A DNA stretch of 44,923 nucleotides from the NCBI GenBank assembly GCA_002500385.1, contig DLTU01000159.1, positions 2,455 to 47,377 on the forward strand. Reading direction: 5' to 3'. The stretch comes from Candidatus Neomicrothrix sp. UBA7828. Lineage in GTDB: Bacteria; Actinomycetota; Acidimicrobiia; Acidimicrobiales; UBA8592. The notes under the pieces were generated by a model. That model saw only the letters and a program-made list of their open reading frames with translations, had not been told where the DNA came from and made no database searches. Made by a program: the position numbers and the translations under genes. Position 1 is the first letter of the stretch, and the number at the start of each line of letters is the position of its first letter. This document shows, one piece after another, positions 9,960 to 18,818 of the stretch.

Positions 9960-11744
9960 CTAATCGTCTATCTTCAGTGCTGACACGAATGCTTCTTGTG
10001 GAACATCAACTCTACCAATAGATTTCATTCGCTTTTTGCCTTCTTTCTGCTTCTTCAAGAGTTTATTCTTTCTCGTGACATCTCCACCGTATAGCTTTGC
10101 AGTCACATCCTTTCTATATGCCTTTACAGTTTCTCGGGAAATGATCTTGCTTGATATTGCAGCTTGAATTGGAACATCAAATTGCTGGCGAGGAATTAAT
10201 TCACGTAGCTTTTTCGTCATCTTTTGCCCGTAGTCATATGCTTTATCCCTATGCACTATTGAACTAAAAGCATCAACAGGATCACCCTGTAAAAGAATTT
10301 CTACCTTTACCAAGTCAGATCTGCTATAGCCATCACTTTCGTAATCCATACTTGCATAGCCTTGTGTTCTGCTTTTCATTTGGTCAAAGAAGTCTAATAC
10401 AACCTCTGCTAAAGGAAGCCTGTATGAAAGTTCAACACGCTCAGGTGAGAGATATTCCATCTTTACCAGTTCCCCTCTTCTGCTTTGGCATAGGTCCATC
10501 AGAGTTCCTGTATAGTTACTAGGGGTTATAACCGATGCCAGTAAATAGGGTTCTTCAATCTGAGACATACTATTGCTTTGCGGAACATCACTCGGATTAT
10601 CAACGTATTCAATCTGGCCATTGGTTAAAGTCAATCGGTACTCAACAGAAGGTGCAGTGGAAATAAGTGTTAAATTAAACTCTCTTTCTAAACGTTCCCT
10701 AACGATTTCCATATGAAGCAAACCAAGAAATCCACACCGAAAACCAAAACCTAAAGCACTTGATGTCTCAGGTTCGTAGGTAAAGCTAGAGTCATTTAAT
10801 CGCAGCTTCTCCAAAGCGTCGCGTAATGCCGGATAATCATCCCCATCCATTGGATATAAGCCGCTAAATACCATTGGCTTGGGCTCTCGATAACCCTCTA
10901 AGGGCATCTCGGCCTTTTCTCCGGCGCAAGTGACTGTCTCTCCTGAACGTGCTTCGCCCACGTCTTTGATACCTGCGATCAAATACCCCACTTCACCAGC
11001 GCCTAACGATTTCACAGCTTTCAGCTCAGGAGTCCGCACACCTATCTCTTCTATGATTGCCTCTGTACCGCGTTGCATAAAATAAACCTTCTCACCTTGA
11101 GAAATTTCACCGTTTACGACACGAATAGAGCTCACAACTCCGCGATACTGATCATAATGACTATCAAAGATCAATGCTTGTAGAGGTTCACCAGCATCTC
11201 CATCCGGATAAGGAACTCTCTCAACAACCTTATCTAATAACTCTTTTACGCCCTCGCCGGTCTTGGCGCTAACGCGTAGAATCTCCTCTGAATTGATGCC
11301 AAGAACCTGCTCGATCTCTGAGGCGTACAGATCGGGTTCAGCGGCAGGTAAATCAATTTTATTTAACGCAACGACTATCTCAAGGTCATTCTCTAAAGCA
11401 AGAAAAGTGTTCGCCAAAGTTTGTGCTTCTATTCCCTGCGCAGCGTCGACCAGAAGAATCACTCCTTCGCAGGCAGCTAATGAGCGTGAAACCTCATACC
11501 CAAAATCAACATGACCAGGGGTATCAATCAGATTGATAGTAGCGTCCTGGTGCTGCAACCGAACACTTTGAAGTTTTATTGTAATTCCGCGCTCTCTCTC
11601 AAGGTCCATTGAATCGAGATATTGAGCGCGCATCTGCCGAGGGTCTACAGCACCACACAACTCAAGCATCCGGTCAGCTAAAGTCGACTTGCCATGATCA
11701 ATATGAGCTATTATCGCTATGTTTCTTATATTTTCTTGGTTCAT
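9960..11744 (-). CDS. lepA: Elongation factor 4 (LepA)
   Basis: [38 protein letters not shown] and the LepA C-terminus. Confidence 0.98.
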   Translation of the reverse strand: MNQENIRNIAIIAHIDHGKSTLADRMLELCGAVDPRQMRAQYLDSMDLERERGITIKLQSVRLQHQDATINLIDTPGHVDFGYEVSRSLAACEGVILLVDAAQGIEAQTLANTFLALENDLEIVVALNKIDLPAAEPDLYASEIEQVLGINSEEILRVSAKTGEGVKELLDKVVERVPYPDGDAGEPLQALIFDSHYDQYRGVVSSIRVVNGEISQGEKVYFMQRGTEAIIEEIGVRTPELKAVKSLGAGEVGYLIAGIKDVGEARSGETVTCAGEKAEMPLEGYREPKPMVFSGLYPMDGDDYPALRDALEKLRLNDSSFTYEPETSSALGFGFRCGFLGLLHMEIVRERLEREFNLTLISTAPSVEYRLTLTNGQIEYVDNPSDVPQSNSMSQIEEPYLLASVITPSNYTGTLMDLCQSRRGELVKMEYLSPERVELSYRLPLAEVVLDFFDQMKSRTQGYASMDYESDGYSRSDLVKVEILLQGDPVDAFSSIVHRDKAYDYGQKMTKKLRELIPRQQFDVPIQAAISSKIISRETVKAYRKDVTAKLYGGDVTRKNKLLKKQKEGKKRMKSIGRVDVPQEAFVSALKIDD

Positions 11745-11864
11745 TTGAGTTCTTGCAGTTAAGTGTACTTTTTAAGCTTCGCTTCGGTACCATACAGTAT
11801 CTAGTTATGCTATTACCTAATTGATAGCAACCTGATTATAAGAACTATTTTACAAGGGCAGAAC

Positions 11865-12125
11865 GTGGCAAACATCAAAGGTCAAATAAAACGAAACCGC
11901 CAGAATGAAAAAAGGCGTCTACGGAATAAAGGAATTCGTTCCGAAATAAACTCTCGAGTAAAGACTACGCTAAAAAATGCCGAATCGGATAACGCAACTT
12001 CAGAAGACTTGCAGGAAGCTGTTAAGAAGATTGATAAAGCAGTAGCCAAAGGAATTATGCACAAGAACACTGCTGCACGAAAGAAAAGTCGCCTTTCCAA
12101 AAAGCTAAACTCTCTAGAAAGCTAG
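11865..12125 (+). CDS. rpsT: 30S ribosomal protein S20
   Basis: MANIKGQIKRNRQNEKRR and HKNTAARKKSRL; divergent from lepA. Confidence 0.97.
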   Translation: MANIKGQIKRNRQNEKRRLRNKGIRSEINSRVKTTLKNAESDNATSEDLQEAVKKIDKAVAKGIMHKNTAARKKSRLSKKLNSLES

Positions 12126-12127
12126 TT

Positions 12128-13138
12128 CTACCTGCTGTAAAGCGAAGACAATCGGGCTACGAGAACCTCCATTACAATTTCTGCTGCTACTCCAGTACCA
12201 CCTCTAAGATTTGCATCAGCTTCTGCAAGTAGTTGAACAGCTCGCTTCGATTTTTCAGGCCCTAGCTTCTTCGCTTCAGAGAGAGTTTTCTTGGCCCTGT
12301 AAGCTGACTTATCTCCTAAGAAGTTTGCTGCTTCTTCTGAAGTCATTCCGTTTCTTCCCGATAGTTGAAGAATCCGAAAGAAATGACTTGATAGAAAACT
12401 CAAAATTTGCATCTGATGCTGCCCTCCGCTTCCTTGCATTCTTGTCAGTATTCCGATCGCTGCCGCAGCATTTCCAGAGGTAATCTCATTGGTCAATTCC
12501 CACGGTGGAACACTCCCTAATTGTCCTATATATGGCTCAATATCAGATGACTGCAGATCCGAACCGCTTCCAAAGACTGATTCCAAAGTCGCTAATATTG
12601 CAGGTATTCGGGCGATATCTTCGCCAATACTCTTCTCTAATAAAGATATAGATGCCTCGTCAAGCATGACCGATGCTTCACCGACTTGCTCCCTAATCCA
12701 ACCATTAATCTTTCGCCCGACACGAACATCAATCACCTCTCCGCACACGTTAACTACCTCAATTAAAGATTTGGGTATTTGGTTAGCTCTTTGCAGTTGC
12801 GCACCTTTCTCCCAAACAAGTATTAGGTAGTTAGTCTCAATAGGGTTCTGCATATACGAAAGTAAGGGTTCGATATCTTCTTTTTTCGAAAATCGGGCAA
12901 AATCACGGCCTATGACAATTCTCCTTCCAGTTAGGAATGGGATTGTCTGGATAGCGCTTACTAGAGATTCGACCGAATAAGTTTCTGAATCAGTTTTGTA
13001 ATCGTCTTCCGCTAGCTCTTCAACTGCTAATGATTTATCCTCATCCTCAAGCAGCTCTTTCGTGAGTTTCTCTAATTTACGACTAACTATTGAGGGTTCA
13101 TCGCCTCTTATTAGATACACGTTAACGAATTTATTCAC
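12128..13138 (-). CDS. holA: DNA polymerase III delta subunit
   Basis: N-terminal VYLIRGDE, PFL..RRIV, C-terminal 'LAEADANLRG'; in the usual position convergent with rpsT. Confidence 0.85.
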   Translation of the reverse strand: MNKFVNVYLIRGDEPSIVSRKLEKLTKELLEDEDKSLAVEELAEDDYKTDSETYSVESLVSAIQTIPFLTGRRIVIGRDFARFSKKEDIEPLLSYMQNPIETNYLILVWEKGAQLQRANQIPKSLIEVVNVCGEVIDVRVGRKINGWIREQVGEASVMLDEASISLLEKSIGEDIARIPAILATLESVFGSGSDLQSSDIEPYIGQLGSVPPWELTNEITSGNAAAAIGILTRMQGSGGQHQMQILSFLSSHFFRILQLSGRNGMTSEEAANFLGDKSAYRAKKTLSEAKKLGPEKSKRAVQLLAEADANLRGGTGVAAEIVMEVLVARLSSLYSR

Positions 13139-13172
13139 GGTTAGATCTTACACCACACAATTTGGTGAATAA

Positions 13173-13874
13173 CTAGAATAGTTTTGAAGCAAGCTTTCTT
13201 CTAAAAATATTTGCTTGCGCAGATTCAGAACCGAGAACATCCAAAAGGTCAACGAATTCTTTGCGAGCTTCGTCATTTTCGGCAACTTCTTCCAGAAGCG
13301 ATTCAAGCCTCTCGGTAATCTCTTCTGGTTTAATATCGCCAGTTCTTGCTAAAGCCTCAATTCTTCGAGTTTCCGGGCTTTCAGGGATTCTTTTAAGAAG
13401 TCCCAGCGCTTCGTCAACTCTACCTGTATCAACAAATATTGTCGCAAGTGCAGTGACTGCTTGAACATGGTCAGGGATTGCACTAAGTATCTCAGATAAA
13501 GCTTCTTCTGACCCTTCTGTAAGTAAATTATCAATAATCGTGTCCTGCTCAGTTGGCATTAAGCCATCCACAAACTCTTGCACAGCATCTTCCCCTTGAC
13601 CTCCCATGAACCCATTTACCACTGCCCCATCTTTGAATGCGTATACGGCTGGGATGCTCTGAACTTGGAAAGTTTGGCGTATTTGCGGATTCTCGTCAAT
13701 ATTGACTGCAACAAGTTCTACAGCTCCATTTGCTCTAGCTACAACGGTCTCAAGGATAGGTGTTAATGATTTGCAGGGCTCGCACCATGGCGCCCATAAA
13801 TCAACTATGACCGGTAGCGTTTCAGAACGAGTTATTACATCGTCGTTGAAGGTGTCGTCTGTTACTGACTTCAT
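13173..13874 (-). CDS. Thioredoxin-TPR protein (YbbN/CnoX-like chaperedoxin)
   Basis: DLWAPWCEPCK, VQSIPAV, a helical C-terminal part and the ending RRKLASKLF. Confidence 0.85.
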   Translation of the reverse strand: MKSVTDDTFNDDVITRSETLPVIVDLWAPWCEPCKSLTPILETVVARANGAVELVAVNIDENPQIRQTFQVQSIPAVYAFKDGAVVNGFMGGQGEDAVQEFVDGLMPTEQDTIIDNLLTEGSEEALSEILSAIPDHVQAVTALATIFVDTGRVDEALGLLKRIPESPETRRIEALARTGDIKPEEITERLESLLEEVAENDEARKEFVDLLDVLGSESAQANIFRRKLASKLF

Positions 13875-13919
13875 AGAATCAATATAGCCAAAAGCAATTT
13901 ATTTCACCCTATTATACAA

Positions 13920-14042
13920 TCACTCGAAATAATCATTTACGATAATTTCCTCATCATAGAAGAGCGTCTGGTTTGCTGCGGAACAATGGGGGCAATATGG
14001 TTCTTCAGGTTTATAATCCTTTGTACAAGCTTCGCAAACCAT
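13920..14042 (-). CDS. Putative 40-aa zinc-ribbon microprotein, absent from the ORF track
   Basis: Manual translation gives MVCEACTKDYKPEEPYCPHCSAANQTLFYDEEIIVNDYFE*, with CxxC-x10-CPxC and an acidic tail. It fills the gap between tRNA-Ala and the thioredoxin promoter. Confidence 0.6.
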   Translation of the reverse strand: MVCEACTKDYKPEEPYCPHCSAANQTLFYDEEIIVNDYFE

Positions 14043-14046
14043 AGTG

Positions 14047-14119
14047 TGGAGCTAAGGGGAATTGAACCCCTGACCTCTTCCATGCCATGGAAGCGCTCTA
14101 CCAACTGAGCTATAGCCCC
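14047..14119 (-). tRNA. tRNA-Ala (GGC), CCA not encoded
   Basis: GGGGCTATAGCTCAGTTGGTAGAGCGCTTCCATGGCATGGAAGAGGTCAGGGGTTCAATTCCCCTTAGCTCCA folds as a cloverleaf, with G3:U70 and anticodon GGC. Confidence 0.97.
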
Positions 14120-14182
14120 TCAAAAACGTACCCTATCTGTTTACTCAGGAACCTTGACATAGAAACCCAAAATAGCCTTAAA

Positions 14183-14530
14183 TTATTGAACGATCTCTGT
14201 AGTCATATCAGCCCATAATTTTTCTAAATTATAATGCTCGCGCTCCTCTGTATGAAAAACATGCACAACAAAGTCTCCATAATCCATGAGGACCCATAGA
14301 TGCTCATTGTTTCCCTCAATACGAATTGGTTTTGGGCCAGATTTATTAGTTATTTGAGCTTCAATTTCTTCAACTAATGCACGAACTTGGCGAGAATTCA
14401 TTCCAGATGTAATGACAAAATGATCTGAGATACCTAATACGTCTCCAACATCAATAATTAGAGTGTCCTGCCCCAACTTGTCGTTGATGGCATTTACAGC
14501 TATGTCAATCCAAGGTGATCTCACTTGCAT
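14183..14530 (-). CDS. rsfS: Ribosome silencing factor
   Basis: DHFVITSG, RQVRAL, WVLMDYGDFVVHVF and YNLEKLW motifs. Confidence 0.95.
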   Translation of the reverse strand: MQVRSPWIDIAVNAINDKLGQDTLIIDVGDVLGISDHFVITSGMNSRQVRALVEEIEAQITNKSGPKPIRIEGNNEHLWVLMDYGDFVVHVFHTEEREHYNLEKLWADMTTEIVQ

Positions 14531-14540
14531 TCATGGTAAC

Positions 14541-15680
14541 TCATTCTATGGAATTACCCCCTATCACAACAGCAACATCTACTACAGACTCAGGCAATGG
14601 TTCGAATTCAATGATGGAGCCACCAATAGCTTTGCTGAATATTTTAGCATAATCCAAGTAAGCCTCGTCATAGTAAGTAATTCGACTCTCACGTACACCA
14701 AATTGCTCTGCATTACCTATTAGCTTTATTTCCGCTCCGGCTGAGACAAGATTTGGCACAAACGTATTGACCATATCTACTCCCCCAATACCGTCAAGCA
14801 ACTTTATTTTGGCCCGTCCGTTCTCGAAGGGAGCTATAGGGAACGGAACTGCCTCAAGAAGCATTGCACTCAGGAAGGCTTCTTCAACTCTCAAGTATTT
14901 ATTAGAATCCTCAACTTCAAGTAAATCCAGATTTTGAGTGATGATATTTCCAGAGCTTAATCCACGAAACATTCGATTCAATTCCGTTTCTTGCCATACG
15001 TTCTCTAAAGTTTTCGTTTCATCACCAGATAAGGACCCTAGCCACGATTCCCAAAAATTCTTATGTCTTAGCCATCTGTTGTAACTTGATTCATCATCGC
15101 TTTCCCATGCTAGATAGCTATAAACTTCTGAAGGACTCAAGGCCAATTGGCCAGATTCGTAAACTATTTTAGGCTCACCGTCATCTAGCTCGATAAGCGG
15201 ATCATTCAGTGAAACAGTCAGAGGATTAGCTACTTCAAAAAAGTCCTCTATTGCTTCCTCGCTGATAAAGGATGTCGCGTTAAATCCCAACTTCAGATAC
15301 CGCCCCAACTCGATAAGGAACTCTGGCTCATTAACTGTTGAATAGATTTCACCAATTGACGAGTTCTCTGCAATAAGCAGATCGACAGGGAAGACAACGA
15401 CAGTTCCACCGATGTCATCAGCAAATAAAGACAATAGTGCAATTGAAACCAATTCGTTATTGGCTCCCTCGATTCCTAGCAGATATGTAGGTGTCGAAGT
15501 CACATAGCTCTCAAATCCAGGTGCTAGTGGGTCAAGAACTACCTCGGCAAAGTCTCCATCAGCAGACTCTAGAATGGCATCGGTTGCATCGCGAACGAGC
15601 AATAATCCGGCTAAACCTAGTCCAATGATGGTAAGCGGCAGAAGCCAAGTCCACCACCGAAATTTTCTATACGCCGTCAA
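14541..15680 (-). CDS. Membrane-anchored LCP-like protein with a LytR C-terminal domain
   Basis: N-terminal TM helix. C-terminal 'IKLLDGIG..GNA..SRITYYD..VDVAVVIGG' resembles LytR_C. Lies between nadD and rsfS as in other actinobacteria. Confidence 0.65.
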   Translation of the reverse strand: MTAYRKFRWWTWLLPLTIIGLGLAGLLLVRDATDAILESADGDFAEVVLDPLAPGFESYVTSTPTYLLGIEGANNELVSIALLSLFADDIGGTVVVFPVDLLIAENSSIGEIYSTVNEPEFLIELGRYLKLGFNATSFISEEAIEDFFEVANPLTVSLNDPLIELDDGEPKIVYESGQLALSPSEVYSYLAWESDDESSYNRWLRHKNFWESWLGSLSGDETKTLENVWQETELNRMFRGLSSGNIITQNLDLLEVEDSNKYLRVEEAFLSAMLLEAVPFPIAPFENGRAKIKLLDGIGGVDMVNTFVPNLVSAGAEIKLIGNAEQFGVRESRITYYDEAYLDYAKIFSKAIGGSIIEFEPLPESVVDVAVVIGGNSIE

Positions 15681-15683
15681 GAG

Positions 15684-16277
15684 TCACTCACGATAAAGGC
15701 CATTTTCTGCAATATAGTTTCTGATTACTTCAGGAATTGTATCTGAAAGGCTCTCTTCGCTATCTAGTAGAGAGCGAATATTTTGCGAAGAGATATCTAA
15801 GTTAAGTCCTTGAACATGAATAGCTGAAGAGAGAGCAGCGGGTAACTCTATCTTCATAAACCCAGGTCGATCAACTACCACTACCCGAGCTTGATCTAAA
15901 ATTAATTCAGGCTCTCTCCATGTCTCGATACCAATCGCAGAGTCGTAGCCGAGTAATAAGAAAAATTCAGCACTTTGGTAGTTTGGACGAAGCGCGCGCA
16001 GGGTACCTGCTGTATTTGACTCGCCACCTAATTGAAATTCAATATCGGTAACGGTGGCGTCACTATAGTCCCGAAAAAGAAGCCTTGTCATTTCCAGCCT
16101 ATGAGAGCCATCTGTAACTTGGCGAGTAGCGCTCTTTTGCCAAGGGTCGTTAGCGACAGTCACCAATACATGATCAAGTCCTACTTTCTCTACCGCTAAT
16201 TTGACCAGTTCCAGATGAGCTTTATGAGGTGGGTCAAATGAGCCCCCAAACACACCTAATCTAATATTTTCTTGCAC
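15684..16277 (-). CDS. nadD: Nicotinate-nucleotide adenylyltransferase
   Basis: GVFGGSFDPPHKAH, LLGYD...W and ISSQNIR motifs. Confidence 0.92.
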   Translation of the reverse strand: MQENIRLGVFGGSFDPPHKAHLELVKLAVEKVGLDHVLVTVANDPWQKSATRQVTDGSHRLEMTRLLFRDYSDATVTDIEFQLGGESNTAGTLRALRPNYQSAEFFLLLGYDSAIGIETWREPELILDQARVVVVDRPGFMKIELPAALSSAIHVQGLNLDISSQNIRSLLDSEESLSDTIPEVIRNYIAENGLYRE

Positions 16278-16358
16278 TTTTGTATGCTATACGATGAACC
16301 GTGCGATGCAGAAGGTATTGCCTAGTTGCACCCATATCGAGAGATTTGAGTGAAATGC

Positions 16359-16387
16359 TTGATTTACCTTGGAATATGTATTAAGTT
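16359..16387 (+). promoter_or_regulatory. Candidate sigma70-type promoter for the sigma factor gene
   Basis: TTGATT-N17-TAAGTT, implying a 5' leader of about 170 nt. Confidence 0.45.
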
Positions 16388-16530
16388 AGACATGCTTTTA
16401 GATCAGCCCAATTTTGGGTTGTTCATACGCGCTAAGCATTTAGCAAGACAAATAATATCGACAGATCCCCCCCGATCAAACCGTTGAAAAACTAAGATTT
16501 GGTTGTTTTATCAAATCTGGATAGCAATAC

Positions 16531-16551
16531 CCCCCAACCCCCAACCCCCAA
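16531..16551 (+). repeat. Tandem repeat (CCCCCAA)x3 just upstream of the sigma factor RBS
   Basis: Directly visible as cccccaa cccccaa cccccaa, ending 15 nt before ATG 16567. Confidence 0.9.
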
Positions 16552-16566
16552 CAGAGTGAGAAAATT

Positions 16567-17403
16567 ATGAGTGATTCAGTAGGACAATACTTAAACGAGA
16601 TAGGGCTAGTGCCCCTCCTAACAGCAGCAGAAGAGCGCGAGCTTTCTCAGATTATTGAGAAAGGCGTCGAAGCACGGGAGCGCCTAGGTGCAGGTGAAAA
16701 AGGCGTGGAACTCAAAAGAGCTGACCGCAAAGCAGCAGAGGCCAAAGACCGATTTATCAGAGCGAACCTAAGGCTAGTTGTCAGCGTAGCCCGACGTTAT
16801 CCTCTTCCAGCTGGTATGGAATTACTAGATTTGATCCAAGAGGGAAATCTTGGCCTAGAGCATGCAGTTGATAAATTTGATTGGCGAAAAGGTTTCAAAT
16901 TCTCAACATATGCCACTTTCTGGATACGTCAGGCAATAGGCCGAGCACTTGACCAGAAAGCGAGCCTAGTTAGATTACCTGGCGACAGATCTGCAAGCCT
17001 TCGCGCTGCGCTCAGGCAGGTCTCAGGAGACGGAGATGAACTCGACGAGGAACATGCAAGGCTTCATCGGCTAACAACACCTACTTCACTTGACAGAACA
17101 ATTGGAGATGATGACAGCAATGAGCTTGTTGACCTTCTGCCAGATGTCAACCCCGGACCAGAACAAGCGGTCATGGAAGAAGCGCGAGAAACAATGGTTT
17201 ACGACTTATTAAACGTTCTAGATGATCGTGCGAGGTATGCTGTTGAGCAACGTTTTGGCCTTCAGGACGGACGCAAGCGAAGCTATCGAGAAGTTGGTGA
17301 GGAACTAGGCGTAACTGCTGAAGCTGCCCGCCGACTCGTAAAGCGAGCTGTAAATATTGTTCGCGAAAGCGCCCCTGATCAAATGGATATTGACGCTGCA
17401 TAA
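16567..17403 (+). CDS. RNA polymerase sigma factor, RpoD/SigB-related (group 2-like), divergent
   Basis: Region 1.2 DSVGQYLNEIG; region 2 ANLRLVVSVARRY, DLIQEGNLGL, FSTYATFWIRQAI; region 4 HTH. No region 1.1. Confidence 0.93.
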   Translation: MSDSVGQYLNEIGLVPLLTAAEERELSQIIEKGVEARERLGAGEKGVELKRADRKAAEAKDRFIRANLRLVVSVARRYPLPAGMELLDLIQEGNLGLEHAVDKFDWRKGFKFSTYATFWIRQAIGRALDQKASLVRLPGDRSASLRAALRQVSGDGDELDEEHARLHRLTTPTSLDRTIGDDDSNELVDLLPDVNPGPEQAVMEEARETMVYDLLNVLDDRARYAVEQRFGLQDGRKRSYREVGEELGVTAEAARRLVKRAVNIVRESAPDQMDIDAA

Positions 17404-17471
17404 TTAACTGATTATCAATGTAAATCGGTAAATTGGTTGTGATCTCAGTAATTAACAGAGAGAATTAATGG

Positions 17472-18818
17472 GTGACTATTAATTGGAGCCCCAATAGCTG
17501 GACTAGTTTTCCTGCAGATCAACAACCTGATTGGCCAGACGATAACGAACTCAACGCTGTTCTGAAAGAAATTTCCGAGCTACCACCTCTTGTTTTCGCC
17601 GGGGAAGCAAGAACCTTAAAAAATCAGCTAGCACGGGTCTGTAACGGAGAGGCCCTTCTTCTCCAAGCTGGTGACTGTGCGGAATCCTTCTCAGCCCTCT
17701 CAGCAAATTCAATACGAGACAAACTTAAAGTTATTCTCCAAATGGCAGTTGCCTTAACTTACTCAACTGGCATGCCAGTGGTAAAAGTAGGACGAATCGC
17801 CGGACAATTCGCTAAACCTCGGTCGAGCCCTACAGAGACGAAAGATAACGTAGAGCTTCCATCCTTCCGAGGTCACATAGTCAACGATACGGACTTTAAC
17901 GCAGGGGCCCGAACTGCTGATCCCAAGAGGCTTCTAATGGCATATAACCAAAGCTCTGCTACCTTAAACCTACTCAGAGCATTTACCAGCGGAGGTTTTG
18001 CGGACTTAACGCAAGTCCATTCCTGGAACCAACAATTTGTTGCGAACAGCCCTGCAGGAGCACAATACAAGGAAATAGCTGATGGAATCACAAATGCGTT
18101 AGCGTTTATGAGGGCTTGCGGTATCACATCAGAAGATCACGCCGCTCTCCACGAAGTCGATTTCTATACAAGCCATGAAGCTCTCTTACTAGGCTATGAA
18201 GAGGCCCTCACTCGAAACGACTCTATAAGCGGAGATTGGTACGACTGCTCGGCTCACATGCTATGGATTGGAGAGAGAACAAGGCAACTTGATGGCGCTC
18301 ATATCGAATTTCTTCGCGGTGTAGAAAATCCATTAGGTTGCAAGTTAGGTCCAACTGCAACAGCAGAAGAAGCTATTAAGTTATGCGAAATATTAAACCC
18401 CCAACAAATCCCAGGAAGACTGACATTCATTACCAGAATGGGAGCTTCAGTCATAGAAAATACTCTTCCAGATTTAGTAAGTACAGTTCAAGGATCCGGA
18501 CATCCTGTAGTTTGGGCTTGCGATCCAATGCACGGTAACACATACACAGCGGAATCTGGTTTGAAGACTAGAAACTTTTCTGATGTTGTAGATGAAACAA
18601 AGAAATTTTTCCACATACACCGATCATTAGGGACATGGGCAGGAGGAATCCACGTTGAACTCACTGGTGACAATGTTACCGAGTGTGTAGGAGGAGCCGA
18701 AAACCTCTCGGACGATGACCTAGCTCTGCGTTACGAAACCATGTGCGACCCAAGACTGAACGCCTCCCAAAGTCTTGAGCTCGCGTTTCATGTAGCTGAA
18801 GAGTTACGAGCCAGCTAA
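17472..18818 (+). CDS. Class II DAHP synthase
   Basis: LQAGDCAE, RIAGQFAKPRS, LWIGERTR, CDPMHGN and CDPRLN motifs. Confidence 0.96.
   Translation: MTINWSPNSWTSFPADQQPDWPDDNELNAVLKEISELPPLVFAGEARTLKNQLARVCNGEALLLQAGDCAESFSALSANSIRDKLKVILQMAVALTYSTGMPVVKVGRIAGQFAKPRSSPTETKDNVELPSFRGHIVNDTDFNAGARTADPKRLLMAYNQSSATLNLLRAFTSGGFADLTQVHSWNQQFVANSPAGAQYKEIADGITNALAFMRACGITSEDHAALHEVDFYTSHEALLLGYEEALTRNDSISGDWYDCSAHMLWIGERTRQLDGAHIEFLRGVENPLGCKLGPTATAEEAIKLCEILNPQQIPGRLTFITRMGASVIENTLPDLVSTVQGSGHPVVWACDPMHGNTYTAESGLKTRNFSDVVDETKKFFHIHRSLGTWAGGIHVELTGDNVTECVGGAENLSDDDLALRYETMCDPRLNASQSLELAFHVAEELRAS

Noticed and set aside
11808-11829. Short hairpin TGCTATTA/TGATAGCA upstream of rpsT
   Set aside because: Could be a leader element, but it is short, AT-rich and overlaps likely divergent promoters; unsupported without comparative data.
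13173-13874. WCEPC instead of WCGPC in the thioredoxin domain
   Set aside because: Both cysteines are kept, and active-site variation is common in YbbN/CnoX proteins.
13880-14182. tRNA-Ala as a possible integration site (also checked tRNA-Gly)
   Set aside because: No integrase, no duplicated tRNA 3' end noticed and no cargo genes.
16531-16551. Repeat as a CRISPR or telomere-like array
   Set aside because: Only three 7-nt units, with no spacers and no cas genes.
17401-17454. Imperfect inverted repeat after the sigma gene (TAATTAACTGA...TCAGTAATTA)
   Set aside because: AT-rich, bulged and without a U tract, so too weak to call a terminator.
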